Source: a virus. From it: a stretch of DNA of 64,000 nt. The DNA is taken from the IMG/VR virus record IMGVR_UViG_3300042691_033066, positions 10,077-74,076 of that record, one strand, 5' to 3'. The notes beneath the pieces are model-generated. The model did no database searches. It saw nothing but the letters and a program-made list of their open reading frames with translations, and was not told the origin of the DNA. Of this stretch, positions 39,452 through 49,241 are shown piece by piece (positions within the stretch are counted from its first letter, which is position 1; every line of letters begins with the position of its first letter). Both the position numbers and the translations under genes were made by a program.

Positions 39452-40138
39452 ATGGGGAAAACATTATTTGTCAGCGATTTTGATGATACCTTGGCACGTA
39501 CAGATGCCAAGGTAATTCTTGTTCGGAATGGTGAACGGACGGAAATGGATCCAGCAGCATTTGCCATATATGAACCAGAAAAAGGCGACACATTTGATTT
39601 TTCGCAATTTGATAAACTCATCAATCCTCGTCCCATCCAACGATTTGTTAAATTATTAAAACAAGCAATTGGACGAGCAGATAAAATTGCCATATTAACT
39701 GCCCGAGGTCATACTCGTCCCGTCGCGCAATTTTTAAAAATGCACGGAATTGACGCCGGAGTGTCTATCGCAGCAATAGGTAGCGCAGACCCAGAAAAGA
39801 AAGCAAGTTATATCCGTAAACATATTCAAGCTGGATTTGATAGAGTTGCATTTATTGACGACTCTCCGAAAAATATTGCAGCAGTTGAACGACTACGAAC
39901 AGAATTTCCTAAAGCAAAGATTTTAGCACATCAAGCAAAAGAAGAAGAGGAACATCCAACTGATGAACCCAAATCGGCCAACAAGCCTACATTAGATTCA
40001 CCAGAAATGAGTGCTATTGCTCAACAAGCAAAGCAAATGGGATTGACTGATTTTAGGTTTGGTCGGTATGGAAAAGATGGAAAGGTTACACATATTATTA
40101 AAAACGGACGATTGGTTCCGAAACCCAAGGGGGCATAA
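39452..40138 (+). CDS. HAD-superfamily phosphatase (PNK 3'-phosphatase-like)
   Basis: Motif I DFDDTL, motif II ILTARG, motif III K (EKK), motif IV FIDDS. Confidence 0.8.
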   Translation: MGKTLFVSDFDDTLARTDAKVILVRNGERTEMDPAAFAIYEPEKGDTFDFSQFDKLINPRPIQRFVKLLKQAIGRADKIAILTARGHTRPVAQFLKMHGIDAGVSIAAIGSADPEKKASYIRKHIQAGFDRVAFIDDSPKNIAAVERLRTEFPKAKILAHQAKEEEEHPTDEPKSANKPTLDSPEMSAIAQQAKQMGLTDFRFGRYGKDGKVTHIIKNGRLVPKPKGA

Positions 40139-40353
40139 TGCACGTAAAGGTTAATGAAGGAAAAGATGATTTGAACAAAGCATTGAAGCAGTTTACAAAA
40201 ATGGTTAAGAAGTCGGAGATCATGCAGGAACTACGTAACCGAGAGCACTTTTTAAAGCCATCAAAGAAACGTATTTTCAAACGTCAAGAAGCACTTCGTC
40301 GTAGAAAACGTGAAGAACGAAGAGCAGCAAGACAAAAACATTACGATAATTGA
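40138..40353 (+). CDS. rpsU: Ribosomal protein bS21 (phage-encoded)
   Basis: V.V....L.KALKQF.K.V.K..I..ELR.REHFLKPS.KR..KR..A.RR is the S21 family signature; 71 aa. Confidence 0.9.
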   Translation: MHVKVNEGKDDLNKALKQFTKMVKKSEIMQELRNREHFLKPSKKRIFKRQEALRRRKREERRAARQKHYDN

Positions 40354-40374
40354 TATTTTAGAAATTTAGTAATA

Positions 40375-40479
40375 TATTTATTAAAGTGAAAACACTAATG
40401 TTTAATATTGGTGGGAATTTTTATATCTACTATAACAGATTATAATATCTGTTTTCATTCCTCATAGGAGTATTACAAT
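40375..40479 (+). promoter_or_regulatory. Late promoter plus structured leader of the scaffold-capsid unit
   Basis: TATTTATT at 40375; hairpins at 40393-40413 and 40434-40453; AGGAG ribosome-binding site. Confidence 0.5.
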
Positions 40480-41643
40480 ATGGCAAAGATTACAAATAAT
40501 CTTCTAAAACAAGCCATTGCTGATGCAGAAGCAGTTCGTGAAACTGCCGTTGCTAACGCAAAGTTGGTATTAGAAGAAGCAATTACCCCACAAATTCGTG
40601 ATATGATTGCCCGTCGCCTTCGTGTTGAATCAGAAATGGCAGATACGGAAGAAAAGGAAGAAGTTAAGGAAGAATCAGTAAAAGAACTCCCATTCCAAGA
40701 CGCTGAGGCAGAAGGAGGTGCAGAATTCCCAGCCGATACATCAACCGTTGGTTCCGGTGAAAACAAGGAACCATCAGATGATGCATTTGATACGTCCGCA
40801 ATTGGCGATGGCGGTGAAAATGTAGACGATAGTCACACGGACTGGTATGATGATTGGTCTGAGAGTGATTTTGACCTTGAAGAAGTAATCAAGGAATTAG
40901 AAGAAGATATTGCTCGTCTTGCGGAAGCAGAACATGAAGGCGAAGGCGAAGGCGAAGCAGAAGAAAAGGAAGAAGCACCTGAAGCAGAAAAGAAAGAAAA
41001 CCCATTTGCAGAAAAGAATGGTGAAGAAATGAAGAAAGAAGGATGGAAGCAGAATGAATTGACACACAAGGCACCTGCAGCAGATCCATCAATCGACGCA
41101 AAAGCACCTGTTCATGAAAAAGATATGGAAATGGGTGCTGAAGAAGGTGAAGAAGAACTAGATCTTGAAGCAATTCTTGCAGAACTTGAAGCCGATGAAG
41201 AAGATCCAACTGGTGCACCTGCACATGGTGGAATGGATAAGACAAAAGCAATGGCTGCTCATCTTGCGGGACTCAAGAAAGAATTGGCACAACATCGTGC
41301 GGTCATCAATACCCTACGTGAACGCCTACAAGAAGTTAACTTATTAAACTCAAAGTTGCTCTTCACAAACAAGATCTTCCGTAAGGAAGGTTTAACAAAC
41401 GAACAAAAAGTTCGTATCGTTGAATCATTTGATCGTGCAACAAACGTTCGTGAAGTGAAACTCGTTTATGCGGCACTTGTTGAAAATCTTTCAACAGCAG
41501 CTAAGACTTTCAATGCATCCCGCAAGAAAGTCGTTACCGAAGGATTAGCTTCCAAGGTAACACCAAGTACGGCTCCAAAGAAGGAAGTTATCGTTGAAAA
41601 TACGGTAGCCCGTCGTTTACAAGAACTCGCAGGAATTATCTAA
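40480..41643 (+). CDS. Prohead scaffold protein (gp22 functional analogue)
   Basis: Very acidic coiled-coil protein directly upstream of the capsid gene, with many (L/V/I)xE sites; ends RLQELAGI. Confidence 0.8.
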   Translation: MAKITNNLLKQAIADAEAVRETAVANAKLVLEEAITPQIRDMIARRLRVESEMADTEEKEEVKEESVKELPFQDAEAEGGAEFPADTSTVGSGENKEPSDDAFDTSAIGDGGENVDDSHTDWYDDWSESDFDLEEVIKELEEDIARLAEAEHEGEGEGEAEEKEEAPEAEKKENPFAEKNGEEMKKEGWKQNELTHKAPAADPSIDAKAPVHEKDMEMGAEEGEEELDLEAILAELEADEEDPTGAPAHGGMDKTKAMAAHLAGLKKELAQHRAVINTLRERLQEVNLLNSKLLFTNKIFRKEGLTNEQKVRIVESFDRATNVREVKLVYAALVENLSTAAKTFNASRKKVVTEGLASKVTPSTAPKKEVIVENTVARRLQELAGII

Positions 41644-41663
41644 TATTATAGGAGATTTACCAT

Positions 41664-43271
41664 ATGTCAGATGTACAAGATTTTATCAACGAAGCGGGGA
41701 CGGCACATAAGCACGTCATTGATCAAACCCGCAAATTAGCAGGTAAGTGGGAACGTTCAGGTCTTCTAGAAGGCTTGAAGGGATATGAAAAGCAAGGCAT
41801 GGCAGTCATGCTCGAAAACCAAGCAACACAACTTCTCCAAGAAAACACCAAGACCAACCAAGCTGGTGCAACTGGTGAACAATGGGCAGGTGTTGCTCTT
41901 CCATTAGTCCGTAAGGTCTTCGGAAGTATTGCAGCAAAGAACTTCGTTTCAGTTCAACCAATGAATCTTCCAGCAGGACTTGTGTTCTACATGGACTTCA
42001 AGTATGGTACCACACGTAACGGTCAAACAGCAAACCAATCACTTTATGGTGCCGCAGCTGCTTCTACATGGGGCGGATTCGGTAACACGAACACGGGTGG
42101 TCTATATGGTGCAGGTCGTTTTGGTTACACCATCAACGTCACAAGTTCAGGAACAACGTTAGGTGACACAACTGCATCAGTATCATTCTCAGACGTTAAT
42201 TTTAATGACGTATATGTAGCAACTGGAAGTCTCCGTAAGTTCGTCGTAGATAAGGCCGACCTTCCTGGATTTGATCCATTAGCAGTACGCGCATTCGTCC
42301 CATCTGGTTCAGGTGCAGATTTTGCAGCACTCGTACTTCCTGAATTTACGAAGTATGATGGCACAAACGTCACGTTCATTGTCAATACATCAGCAAATGC
42401 AGTATTGAACAAAGTTGAATATGTGAAGCAACCAACGGATACAACTCGTGGTGATTTTGAAGATCGTGATCCAATTCGTGGCTCAGGAAACGGCACAGGA
42501 CTTGATGACGGTACAGATCTCAACATTCCAGAAATTGATTTGGAACTCAAGAGTGAAACCATCGTTGCCAAGACACGTAAGTTGAAGGCAGTATGGTCAC
42601 CAGAACTTGCACAAGACTTGAACGCATACCACTCAGTTGATGCAGAAGCAGAATTGACAAGTATGTTGTCAGACTATGTTGCAATGGAAATTGATCTTGA
42701 AATCCTTGACATGTTAATCAACGCAGCACCAACGGTTGATTACTGGTCAGCAGAAATTGGTTCAACCTGGAACGGATCAGCATTTGCTGCTTCATCTTTC
42801 ACGGGAACAGCATGGACAAACATGACTTGGTACCAAACACTTGGTCAGAAGATGCAAAAGGTCAGTAACCGTATCCACCAACTCACAATGCGTGGCGGTG
42901 CTAACTTCGCAGTTGTCTCACCAACAGTTGCAACAATTCTTGAAACCATCCCTGGCTTCGCAGCCGGAACAGACGGTGACAAGGCAGAATTTGCAGCAGG
43001 TATCACCAAGATTGGTTCATTCACCAACCGCTTTACCATCTACAAGAACCCATACATGACAGAAAACGTGATGTTAATGGGCTTCCGTGGAAATCAGTTC
43101 TTGGAAACTGGTGCAGTTTACGCTCCATACATTCCATTGATCATGACACCACTCGTGTACGATCCAGCAAACTTCACACCACGCCGTGGCGTGATGACAC
43201 GTTACGCCAAGAAGATTGTCCGTCCGGAATTCTTCGGAAAGATCTACATCGACAAGCTCGCACTTGTATAA
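41664..43271 (+). CDS. gp23: Major capsid protein (T4 gp23-like)
   Basis: LPLVRKVF, VQPMNLPAGLVF, AKTRKLKAVWSPELAQDLNAYH, YAPYIPL, FTPRRGVMTRYA. Confidence 0.97.
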   Translation: MSDVQDFINEAGTAHKHVIDQTRKLAGKWERSGLLEGLKGYEKQGMAVMLENQATQLLQENTKTNQAGATGEQWAGVALPLVRKVFGSIAAKNFVSVQPMNLPAGLVFYMDFKYGTTRNGQTANQSLYGAAAASTWGGFGNTNTGGLYGAGRFGYTINVTSSGTTLGDTTASVSFSDVNFNDVYVATGSLRKFVVDKADLPGFDPLAVRAFVPSGSGADFAALVLPEFTKYDGTNVTFIVNTSANAVLNKVEYVKQPTDTTRGDFEDRDPIRGSGNGTGLDDGTDLNIPEIDLELKSETIVAKTRKLKAVWSPELAQDLNAYHSVDAEAELTSMLSDYVAMEIDLEILDMLINAAPTVDYWSAEIGSTWNGSAFAASSFTGTAWTNMTWYQTLGQKMQKVSNRIHQLTMRGGANFAVVSPTVATILETIPGFAAGTDGDKAEFAAGITKIGSFTNRFTIYKNPYMTENVMLMGFRGNQFLETGAVYAPYIPLIMTPLVYDPANFTPRRGVMTRYAKKIVRPEFFGKIYIDKLALV

Positions 43272-43302
43272 TACGATTCTTTCGTAACGTAGTGAATAAA
43301 TT

Positions 43303-43333
43303 GGGTGACCTTCGGGTCACCCTTTTTATTTTT
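43303..43333 (+). terminator. Rho-independent terminator with cUUCGg tetraloop
   Basis: gggtgacc-ttcg-ggtcaccc-tttttattttt. Confidence 0.92.
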
Positions 43334-43349
43334 ACATCAATTAATTTGA

Positions 43350-43357
43350 TATTTATA
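43350..43357 (+). promoter_or_regulatory. Putative late promoter TATTTATA
   Basis: 23 nt before ATG 43381; within an 18-mer that is repeated at 45817. Confidence 0.6.
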
Positions 43358-43380
43358 TATGACTCTAAGTGAGGGCGTGT

Positions 43381-44547
43381 ATGCAGAATCGTGAACCCAT
43401 CATATTTGAAGAAATATCTATGAATCCACGGGGATTAACTCCGTTTGGATTTTATGATACAGACGTTCAATTTCAACAAGAAGCACCCGATGTTGCGACA
43501 TTCGTTGCTCGTCGATTAGGATTTCCTGTTGTTGATGTTGAACTTACTCATAAACAAATCTATGCGTGTCTAGAAGAAGCAATCACCACGTATAGTAATC
43601 AAGTCAATCAGTTTAATGCACGAGAACACATGCTGTCGGTACAGGGCATGAGTACTTCAACAAATATTACACAACGAAATATTGTATCAACGCCGTTGCC
43701 GCAACTAGTAAAACTTTCTGCACACTATGGAACGGAAGCAGAGAGTGGCGGAAATGTGACAGTTAAAAAGGGATATATTACCGCATCTGCATATCAACAA
43801 ACATATGATCTGAAATCATTATGGGCCGATGTTAGCGAGAGTGGAAAGGTAATAGAAATTCGTCGGGTGTATCACCATATGCCACCGGCTATTGCTCGTT
43901 ACTATGATCCATTTGCAACCACAGGACTTGGTTTAACCAACTTGATGAGTGAATTTGGATTTGACGGATATTCGCCACCAGTCACATTCGTCATGATGCC
44001 AGCATACGAAGATCTTCTCCGTATTCAAGCAATTGAAGTCAACGACATGATTCGTAAGAGTCAATACAGTTTTCAAATATCCAATAATGTTGTACGATTT
44101 ACACCAATCTTTACAAAAGAAACTACAATTTGGTTTGATTATATGGTTGTGGATGATAAAACGTCGGGAATTGCTTTATTACAATCGGGATCAGAAAATA
44201 GTTCAGTATCCGATTTTTCTAATATTCCGTATAATAATATTCAATATAAGAATATTAATCAAATGGGAAGATTGTGGATTTACCGATATACTCTTGCATT
44301 AGCAAAGGAATTATTAGGACTGATTCGTTCCAAATATGAAAATATCCCTATACCGGACGCACAGATTCGTTTGGACGGTGAAACTCTTCGTCGTGAAGCA
44401 GAACAAGAAAAGGATGCACTGATAAAAGAAATTCGGGAAACATTGGAACAGACAGGATATCAATCGCAAATAAAAAAACAAATGGAAAATGCTGAAGCGA
44501 TGAACACCATTTTCAAATATGTACCAGTTCCAATATACATTTTTTAA
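43381..44547 (+). CDS. Neck/head-completion protein (gp13-like)
   Basis: RLGFPVVDVEL...Q; WIYRYTLALAKELLGLIRSKY...LDG..L..EA..E; follows the capsid gene. Confidence 0.8.
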   Translation: MQNREPIIFEEISMNPRGLTPFGFYDTDVQFQQEAPDVATFVARRLGFPVVDVELTHKQIYACLEEAITTYSNQVNQFNAREHMLSVQGMSTSTNITQRNIVSTPLPQLVKLSAHYGTEAESGGNVTVKKGYITASAYQQTYDLKSLWADVSESGKVIEIRRVYHHMPPAIARYYDPFATTGLGLTNLMSEFGFDGYSPPVTFVMMPAYEDLLRIQAIEVNDMIRKSQYSFQISNNVVRFTPIFTKETTIWFDYMVVDDKTSGIALLQSGSENSSVSDFSNIPYNNIQYKNINQMGRLWIYRYTLALAKELLGLIRSKYENIPIPDAQIRLDGETLRREAEQEKDALIKEIRETLEQTGYQSQIKKQMENAEAMNTIFKYVPVPIYIF

Positions 44548-44557
44548 GAGATAGTTC

Positions 44558-45019
44558 ATGCCACGGTTCGTTACTCAACGAGATTTTGAATTTTTCCAAC
44601 ATATCAACAGAGAAATTGTAGTTGATGTTGTTGATATTGAAGTTATTATATATAAAATAATAAGTGATATTACAAAAGTAAATATTTACGGTGAAGCGGT
44701 AGAAAAACCAATGTACCGTGGTATTAGTTTAAATGCACTTATTAAGTATCCAAAAAAGGTGGCAGAAACAGAAGATGGATTTGGATATGATGTTGCACAA
44801 ACTGCGGTAGAGTTCAGGTTTGTAAGAAAAACATTACAAGATGTAAACGTCTACCCAGAAGTCGGAGATGTTATTAAGTATAATGAAAATTTTTATAGTA
44901 TTAATAATATAAACGAAGCACAGTTAGTTGCAGGTAGACCCGAATACAATCAAACCATTTTGTGTGAATGTCACTTGACACGTAGAAGTACCTTTAATAT
45001 TGAGGAAACTCACGTATGA
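44558..45019 (+). CDS. Neck/head-closure protein (gp14-like)
   Basis: NIYGEA...YPEVGDVI.Y...FY.I pattern and gene position. Confidence 0.65.
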   Translation: MPRFVTQRDFEFFQHINREIVVDVVDIEVIIYKIISDITKVNIYGEAVEKPMYRGISLNALIKYPKKVAETEDGFGYDVAQTAVEFRFVRKTLQDVNVYPEVGDVIKYNENFYSINNINEAQLVAGRPEYNQTILCECHLTRRSTFNIEETHV

Positions 45020-45807
45020 GTATACCAACGTTTAATAGAAATCAAATCGTAACGCCCAAATTACAGAACAGAGCATACGATACAAAATCGTCTGAGGGAA
45101 TGGGTTCACCTGTCTCAATCGGGTTACAGACGATTGATACGGCAATATTAAAATACTTACAAACAAAAATAAAACCCGTAGTGACTCAACATGGGAAGCA
45201 GATACAAGTTCCTGTGCTATACGGTAACCCAGAACGATGGAAAAGTGCGCAAGTTGATGGAGCAATTCGTGATAAAAATGGTATGATTCAACTTCCAATC
45301 ATGATGATTCGTCGTACAGGCATGAAAGAAAACGCCATCAATAATCCGACTAACAAATATCAAAATTATTTGTTCAAAACTGGCTGGAATTCTCGTAATA
45401 TCTATGATCGGTTTGCGGCGGTAAACGGGGTAACGCCAACGCAACGATACCAACAAACGCTTATACCAGATTATTATGATATTACATATGAAGGTATGAT
45501 TTGGACCGAATTCATGGAACAAATGAATAAAATCATTGAAGGTCTTTCATTTGAAAGTAACGAGTATTGGGGCGAAGACAATAATTACAAGTTTAAAGCA
45601 AAGATTGATCAATTTGAACAAATCACAGACCTTCCTGCCAATGATGCACGTTTGGTTAGAAGTAAATTTAATATTGATGTAAAGGCATACATTTTACCAC
45701 AAAGTGCATTGGACAAGAATGGAAACAGAACTCAAACTACCAGACTACAATATTCTACTAAAAAAGTGGTATTTGAGTCGGAAGTGGTAACTAGTTTGGA
45801 TAGATAA
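45016..45807 (+). CDS. Tail terminator / sheath stabiliser (gp15-like)
   Basis: VPVLYGNPERW, LPIMMI.RT, P..YDITYE..IWT...EQMNKIIE. Confidence 0.75.
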   Translation: MSIPTFNRNQIVTPKLQNRAYDTKSSEGMGSPVSIGLQTIDTAILKYLQTKIKPVVTQHGKQIQVPVLYGNPERWKSAQVDGAIRDKNGMIQLPIMMIRRTGMKENAINNPTNKYQNYLFKTGWNSRNIYDRFAAVNGVTPTQRYQQTLIPDYYDITYEGMIWTEFMEQMNKIIEGLSFESNEYWGEDNNYKFKAKIDQFEQITDLPANDARLVRSKFNIDVKAYILPQSALDKNGNRTQTTRLQYSTKKVVFESEVVTSLDR

Positions 45808-45914
45808 ATTTTGAAGAATTAATTTGATATTTATTATTAAAATAGTGAAAGTTTGAATAAAAAGTCACATATTTATGATATGTATATCTATTTCAAAAAC
45901 AAGAGGTTTTACTC

Positions 45915-46175
45915 ATGAAAAAAGTTACAGACGTAGAATTAGTTGAAATTCAAAAACTTCGTGAAACATTAGTAGAAATAATAACTTCTATAGGTGAGTT
46001 AACTCTTAATAAATTCGTATTAGAGAATCAACTAAGCACCTTAACGGACGATATAAAAACACAACAAGCACGATTTTTGGAATTCCAAGAACAAGAAAGG
46101 GTTTTATTTAGTAAGTTACAGCAAACATATGGAACCGGTGATATTAATTTAGAAACCGGAGAGATAGCAGAATAA
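45915..46175 (+). CDS. Small coiled-coil hypothetical protein
   Basis: Ends L...YG.G.INLETGEI; GAGGT ribosome-binding site; TATTTAT motifs at 45828 and 45870. Confidence 0.65.
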   Translation: MKKVTDVELVEIQKLRETLVEIITSIGELTLNKFVLENQLSTLTDDIKTQQARFLEFQEQERVLFSKLQQTYGTGDINLETGEIAE

Positions 46176-46198
46176 TATAACCCATTTGGAGGATTCGT

Positions 46199-48556
46199 AT
46201 GGCAAATGAAAGAATTGTTTCTCCTGGTGTATTCACTAGAGAACGTGACTTGAGTTTCTTGACTCAGGGTATCAGTGAAATCGGGGGTGCATTTATCGGA
46301 CCAACGCCAAAAGGTCCAGCGTTCATCCCGACAATTGTAAGAAGTCAACAAGAATATGTTACCCGTTTTGGTGAAGCCGACGCGAATCACTACACAGGGT
46401 TAACCGTAAAAAATTATCTACGTGAATCAGGCGTAGCAACCATCGTTCGTGTTCTTGGAACCGAAGGATATGATAATGACACCACAATACCAGGATTAAT
46501 TTTCGTTTCTGGTTCAAGTGGTAAGAAATTATTTGCAGTGGTACATCCAAGTAGTGTAGGAAATACGATTGATTCAATTGCCGTTTCTGGAACAGGAAAT
46601 AGTTTTTCTGTTAACATCGTGGCTGATGGCGGTTCACCTGTCAGTCAAAGTGGGTTGACCGTAGATGAATCATCAACTGCATATTTTGGTGATTTACTCG
46701 GAATAAGTCCAGTCACCACAAAGAATTCATTTGTATACGCAATCTTCCCAGAAGCAGTTACGGCAGCAACATCTTCTGGTTTGGCATCACAAGTTACCAT
46801 GTTTGCAGAAACGTCAAGTGCAGCAGTAAACTTCACGGACATTGGATTCTCCAATGCTCATACGCCATGGATTCAATCACAAACTATTGCAGGTTCAAAC
46901 ATTGACTTGTTTAAGTTCCACACATTAAGTGACGGCAACTTCGCAAATACAGAAATTAAAGTATCAATTTTGAACATGAAGTCAAGTGATGATGTAGATT
47001 ATCCTTGGGGAACATTCTCCATGTTAATTCGTCGTTATGATGACACGGATGCGCGCATTGAAGTCTTGGAACAATATGATAACCTCACGTTAGATCCAGA
47101 CAGTCCACAATTCGTAGCACGCGTCATTGGTGATAGTGCTCCATATGATGATCCAAACACAGGCGAACGTTATTATCAAGGTGATTTCCCAAATCGTTCA
47201 CAATACATTTATGTACAAATGAGTGATTCGGTCATCCCTGCATCAGCACTTCCGTTTGGATTTGGTCAACTTGAATCCACTGTGAAGTTAACGGCAAACC
47301 AATTAATTAATCCATTATATGTCACATCACGTTGGAGAACGGGTGATGTAGAAGGATATACCACGGAATCCGTTGATAAGAAATATTATTATGGATGGGA
47401 TTTCTCAGATAACGAAGGAACAAATCCTTCATATCTCGGCCCAATCTCCGATCCAGAAAATTCAGTATCAATCGGTACTGCATTTAACCTAGAAGATTTA
47501 AATGAAGTTCCAAGTGGTTCGTTACTTCAATTCTCCGCATCCATCTCACTTGATGATACGGCAAGTCTTGCATATCGTAAGTTCTCCGTACCATTCCAAG
47601 GTGGATTTGATGGTATGAATCCTGCACGTGATATCAAGATGGGCGGTGATATCGTAGCAACAAACTCACAAGGATTTAATCTTGCAACCGCAGCATCGCC
47701 TGGTTCAAAGGCATATAAGAAAGCACTTGACTCAATTGCCAACCAAGATCAATGGGATTTCAATCTTCTTGTTCTTCCTGGCGTTATCTATGATTTCCAT
47801 TCATATGTGGCAAATACTGCACTAAGTCTTTGCGAAGACCGTGGTGACGCATTCTACATCATGGATACGGTTGGACTCAACTCAACGATTGCCAGTGCAA
47901 CGGCAAAGGCGGGTGAAATTGATAGTAACTACGCAGCAACGTATTATCCTTGGTTGAGAGTCATTGATACCAACACGAATAAGTTGATCTGGGTACCACC
48001 TTCAGTTATCCTCCCAGAAATCTATGCATATAATGACAACGTTGCCGCAGAATGGTTTGCACCAGCAGGTTTGAACCGTGGCGGTATTGCAAGTGCAGTG
48101 GGTGTGAAGGTTCGTCTCCCACAAGCAAGTCGTGATACACTCTATGAAGGTAAGGTCAACCCAATTGCACAGTTCCCTGGACAAGGTATCTGTGTGTGGG
48201 GTCAGAAGACACTTCAACGTCGTCCATCAGCACTTGATCGTGTAAATGTCCGTCGTTTGTTAATTGCTGTGAAGAAATATATTGCAAGTGTTTCACGTTA
48301 TCTTGTCTTTGAACAAAACGTGGAAGCAACTCGTAATCGTTTCTTAAACATTGTCAATCCATATTTGGCAGGTGTTCAAGAACGTTCTGGTTTGTACGCA
48401 TTCCGTGTGGTGATGGATGAATCCAATAATACACCGGATATCATTGATAGAAATATCCTTTATGGACAACTCTATCTCCAACCCACAAGAACCGCTGAAT
48501 TCATCATCCTTGATTTCAATGTGCTTCCAACGGGTGCAACCTTCCCAACGGCATAA
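46199..48556 (+). CDS. gp18: Contractile tail sheath protein (gp18-like)
   Basis: SPGVFTRERD, GPTPKGPAF.P, WFAPAGLNRGG, WGQKTLQ...LDRVNVRRLL, PTRTAEFI.LDF. Confidence 0.95.
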   Translation: MANERIVSPGVFTRERDLSFLTQGISEIGGAFIGPTPKGPAFIPTIVRSQQEYVTRFGEADANHYTGLTVKNYLRESGVATIVRVLGTEGYDNDTTIPGLIFVSGSSGKKLFAVVHPSSVGNTIDSIAVSGTGNSFSVNIVADGGSPVSQSGLTVDESSTAYFGDLLGISPVTTKNSFVYAIFPEAVTAATSSGLASQVTMFAETSSAAVNFTDIGFSNAHTPWIQSQTIAGSNIDLFKFHTLSDGNFANTEIKVSILNMKSSDDVDYPWGTFSMLIRRYDDTDARIEVLEQYDNLTLDPDSPQFVARVIGDSAPYDDPNTGERYYQGDFPNRSQYIYVQMSDSVIPASALPFGFGQLESTVKLTANQLINPLYVTSRWRTGDVEGYTTESVDKKYYYGWDFSDNEGTNPSYLGPISDPENSVSIGTAFNLEDLNEVPSGSLLQFSASISLDDTASLAYRKFSVPFQGGFDGMNPARDIKMGGDIVATNSQGFNLATAASPGSKAYKKALDSIANQDQWDFNLLVLPGVIYDFHSYVANTALSLCEDRGDAFYIMDTVGLNSTIASATAKAGEIDSNYAATYYPWLRVIDTNTNKLIWVPPSVILPEIYAYNDNVAAEWFAPAGLNRGGIASAVGVKVRLPQASRDTLYEGKVNPIAQFPGQGICVWGQKTLQRRPSALDRVNVRRLLIAVKKYIASVSRYLVFEQNVEATRNRFLNIVNPYLAGVQERSGLYAFRVVMDESNNTPDIIDRNILYGQLYLQPTRTAEFIILDFNVLPTGATFPTA

Positions 48557-48566
48557 GTTGATAATA

Positions 48567-48598
48567 TGGGGGGAGTGAAATACCTCCCTCCACATTTT
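48567..48598 (+). terminator. Probable Rho-independent terminator
   Basis: tggggggag-tgaaatac-ctccctcca (one G-U pair), then catttt. Confidence 0.6.
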
Positions 48599-48644
48599 CA
48601 ATTAACCACATATTTATAATTAAATATCCTTTCGGAGATTATAC

Positions 48645-49133
48645 ATGGCAAACCTAGTAACTGAACAAGAGCTGTTCTTCACGGCATTTGAACCAAAGAT
48701 GAAGAATCGTTTCATCCTATACATGGATGGCGTTCCTTCATACATTGTCAAAAAGGTTGCACGACCAACGTTAACACAAGAAGCAAAGGCCCTTGACCAC
48801 ATCAACGTACAACGTTTCGTGAAAGGTAAGAGTAAGTGGGGTCAAATGCAACTTGAATTATACGATCCAATTGTACCTTCTGGTGCACAAGCAGTAATGG
48901 AATGGGTCCGTCTTCACCACGAATCAGTAACGGGTCGTGACGGTTACCTTGAATTCTATAAGAAGGACTTGACCCTCAACGTTCTTGGACCAGTAGGTGA
49001 CAAGGTTGAAGAATGGATCATCAAGGGCGCACAAATTCAAGAAGTAAACTTCGGTGATCTTGATTGGGCAACGGATGACGCTGTGACATTCACACTTACT
49101 ATCCAACCTGATTATTGCGTACTTAACTACTAA
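48645..49133 (+). CDS. gp19: Tail tube protein (gp19-like)
   Basis: FEPKMKNRF...GKSKW..M.LELYDPI...VMEW...YKKD......P.GD.VEEW...GA; follows the sheath. TATTTATA at 48611. Confidence 0.88.
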   Translation: MANLVTEQELFFTAFEPKMKNRFILYMDGVPSYIVKKVARPTLTQEAKALDHINVQRFVKGKSKWGQMQLELYDPIVPSGAQAVMEWVRLHHESVTGRDGYLEFYKKDLTLNVLGPVGDKVEEWIIKGAQIQEVNFGDLDWATDDAVTFTLTIQPDYCVLNY

Positions 49134-49151
49134 TTTAGTAGCGAGGTTAAT

Positions 49152-49187
49152 AAAAACTCCCGCATTAACCTGCGGGAGTTTTTTTAT
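49152..49187 (+). terminator. Rho-independent terminator (potentially bidirectional)
   Basis: aaaaactcccgca-ttaacc-tgcgggagttttttt. Confidence 0.9.
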
Positions 49188-49241
49188 ATTATTAAGACAA
49201 CTTTTGATATTTATACTAGAGTCCTTTGTAATGAGATATAT

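Noticed and set aside
30713-43271. Introns or inteins in terminase, portal or capsid
   Set aside because: Lengths are ordinary, the motifs are contiguous, and no intein splice motifs or split frames are evident.
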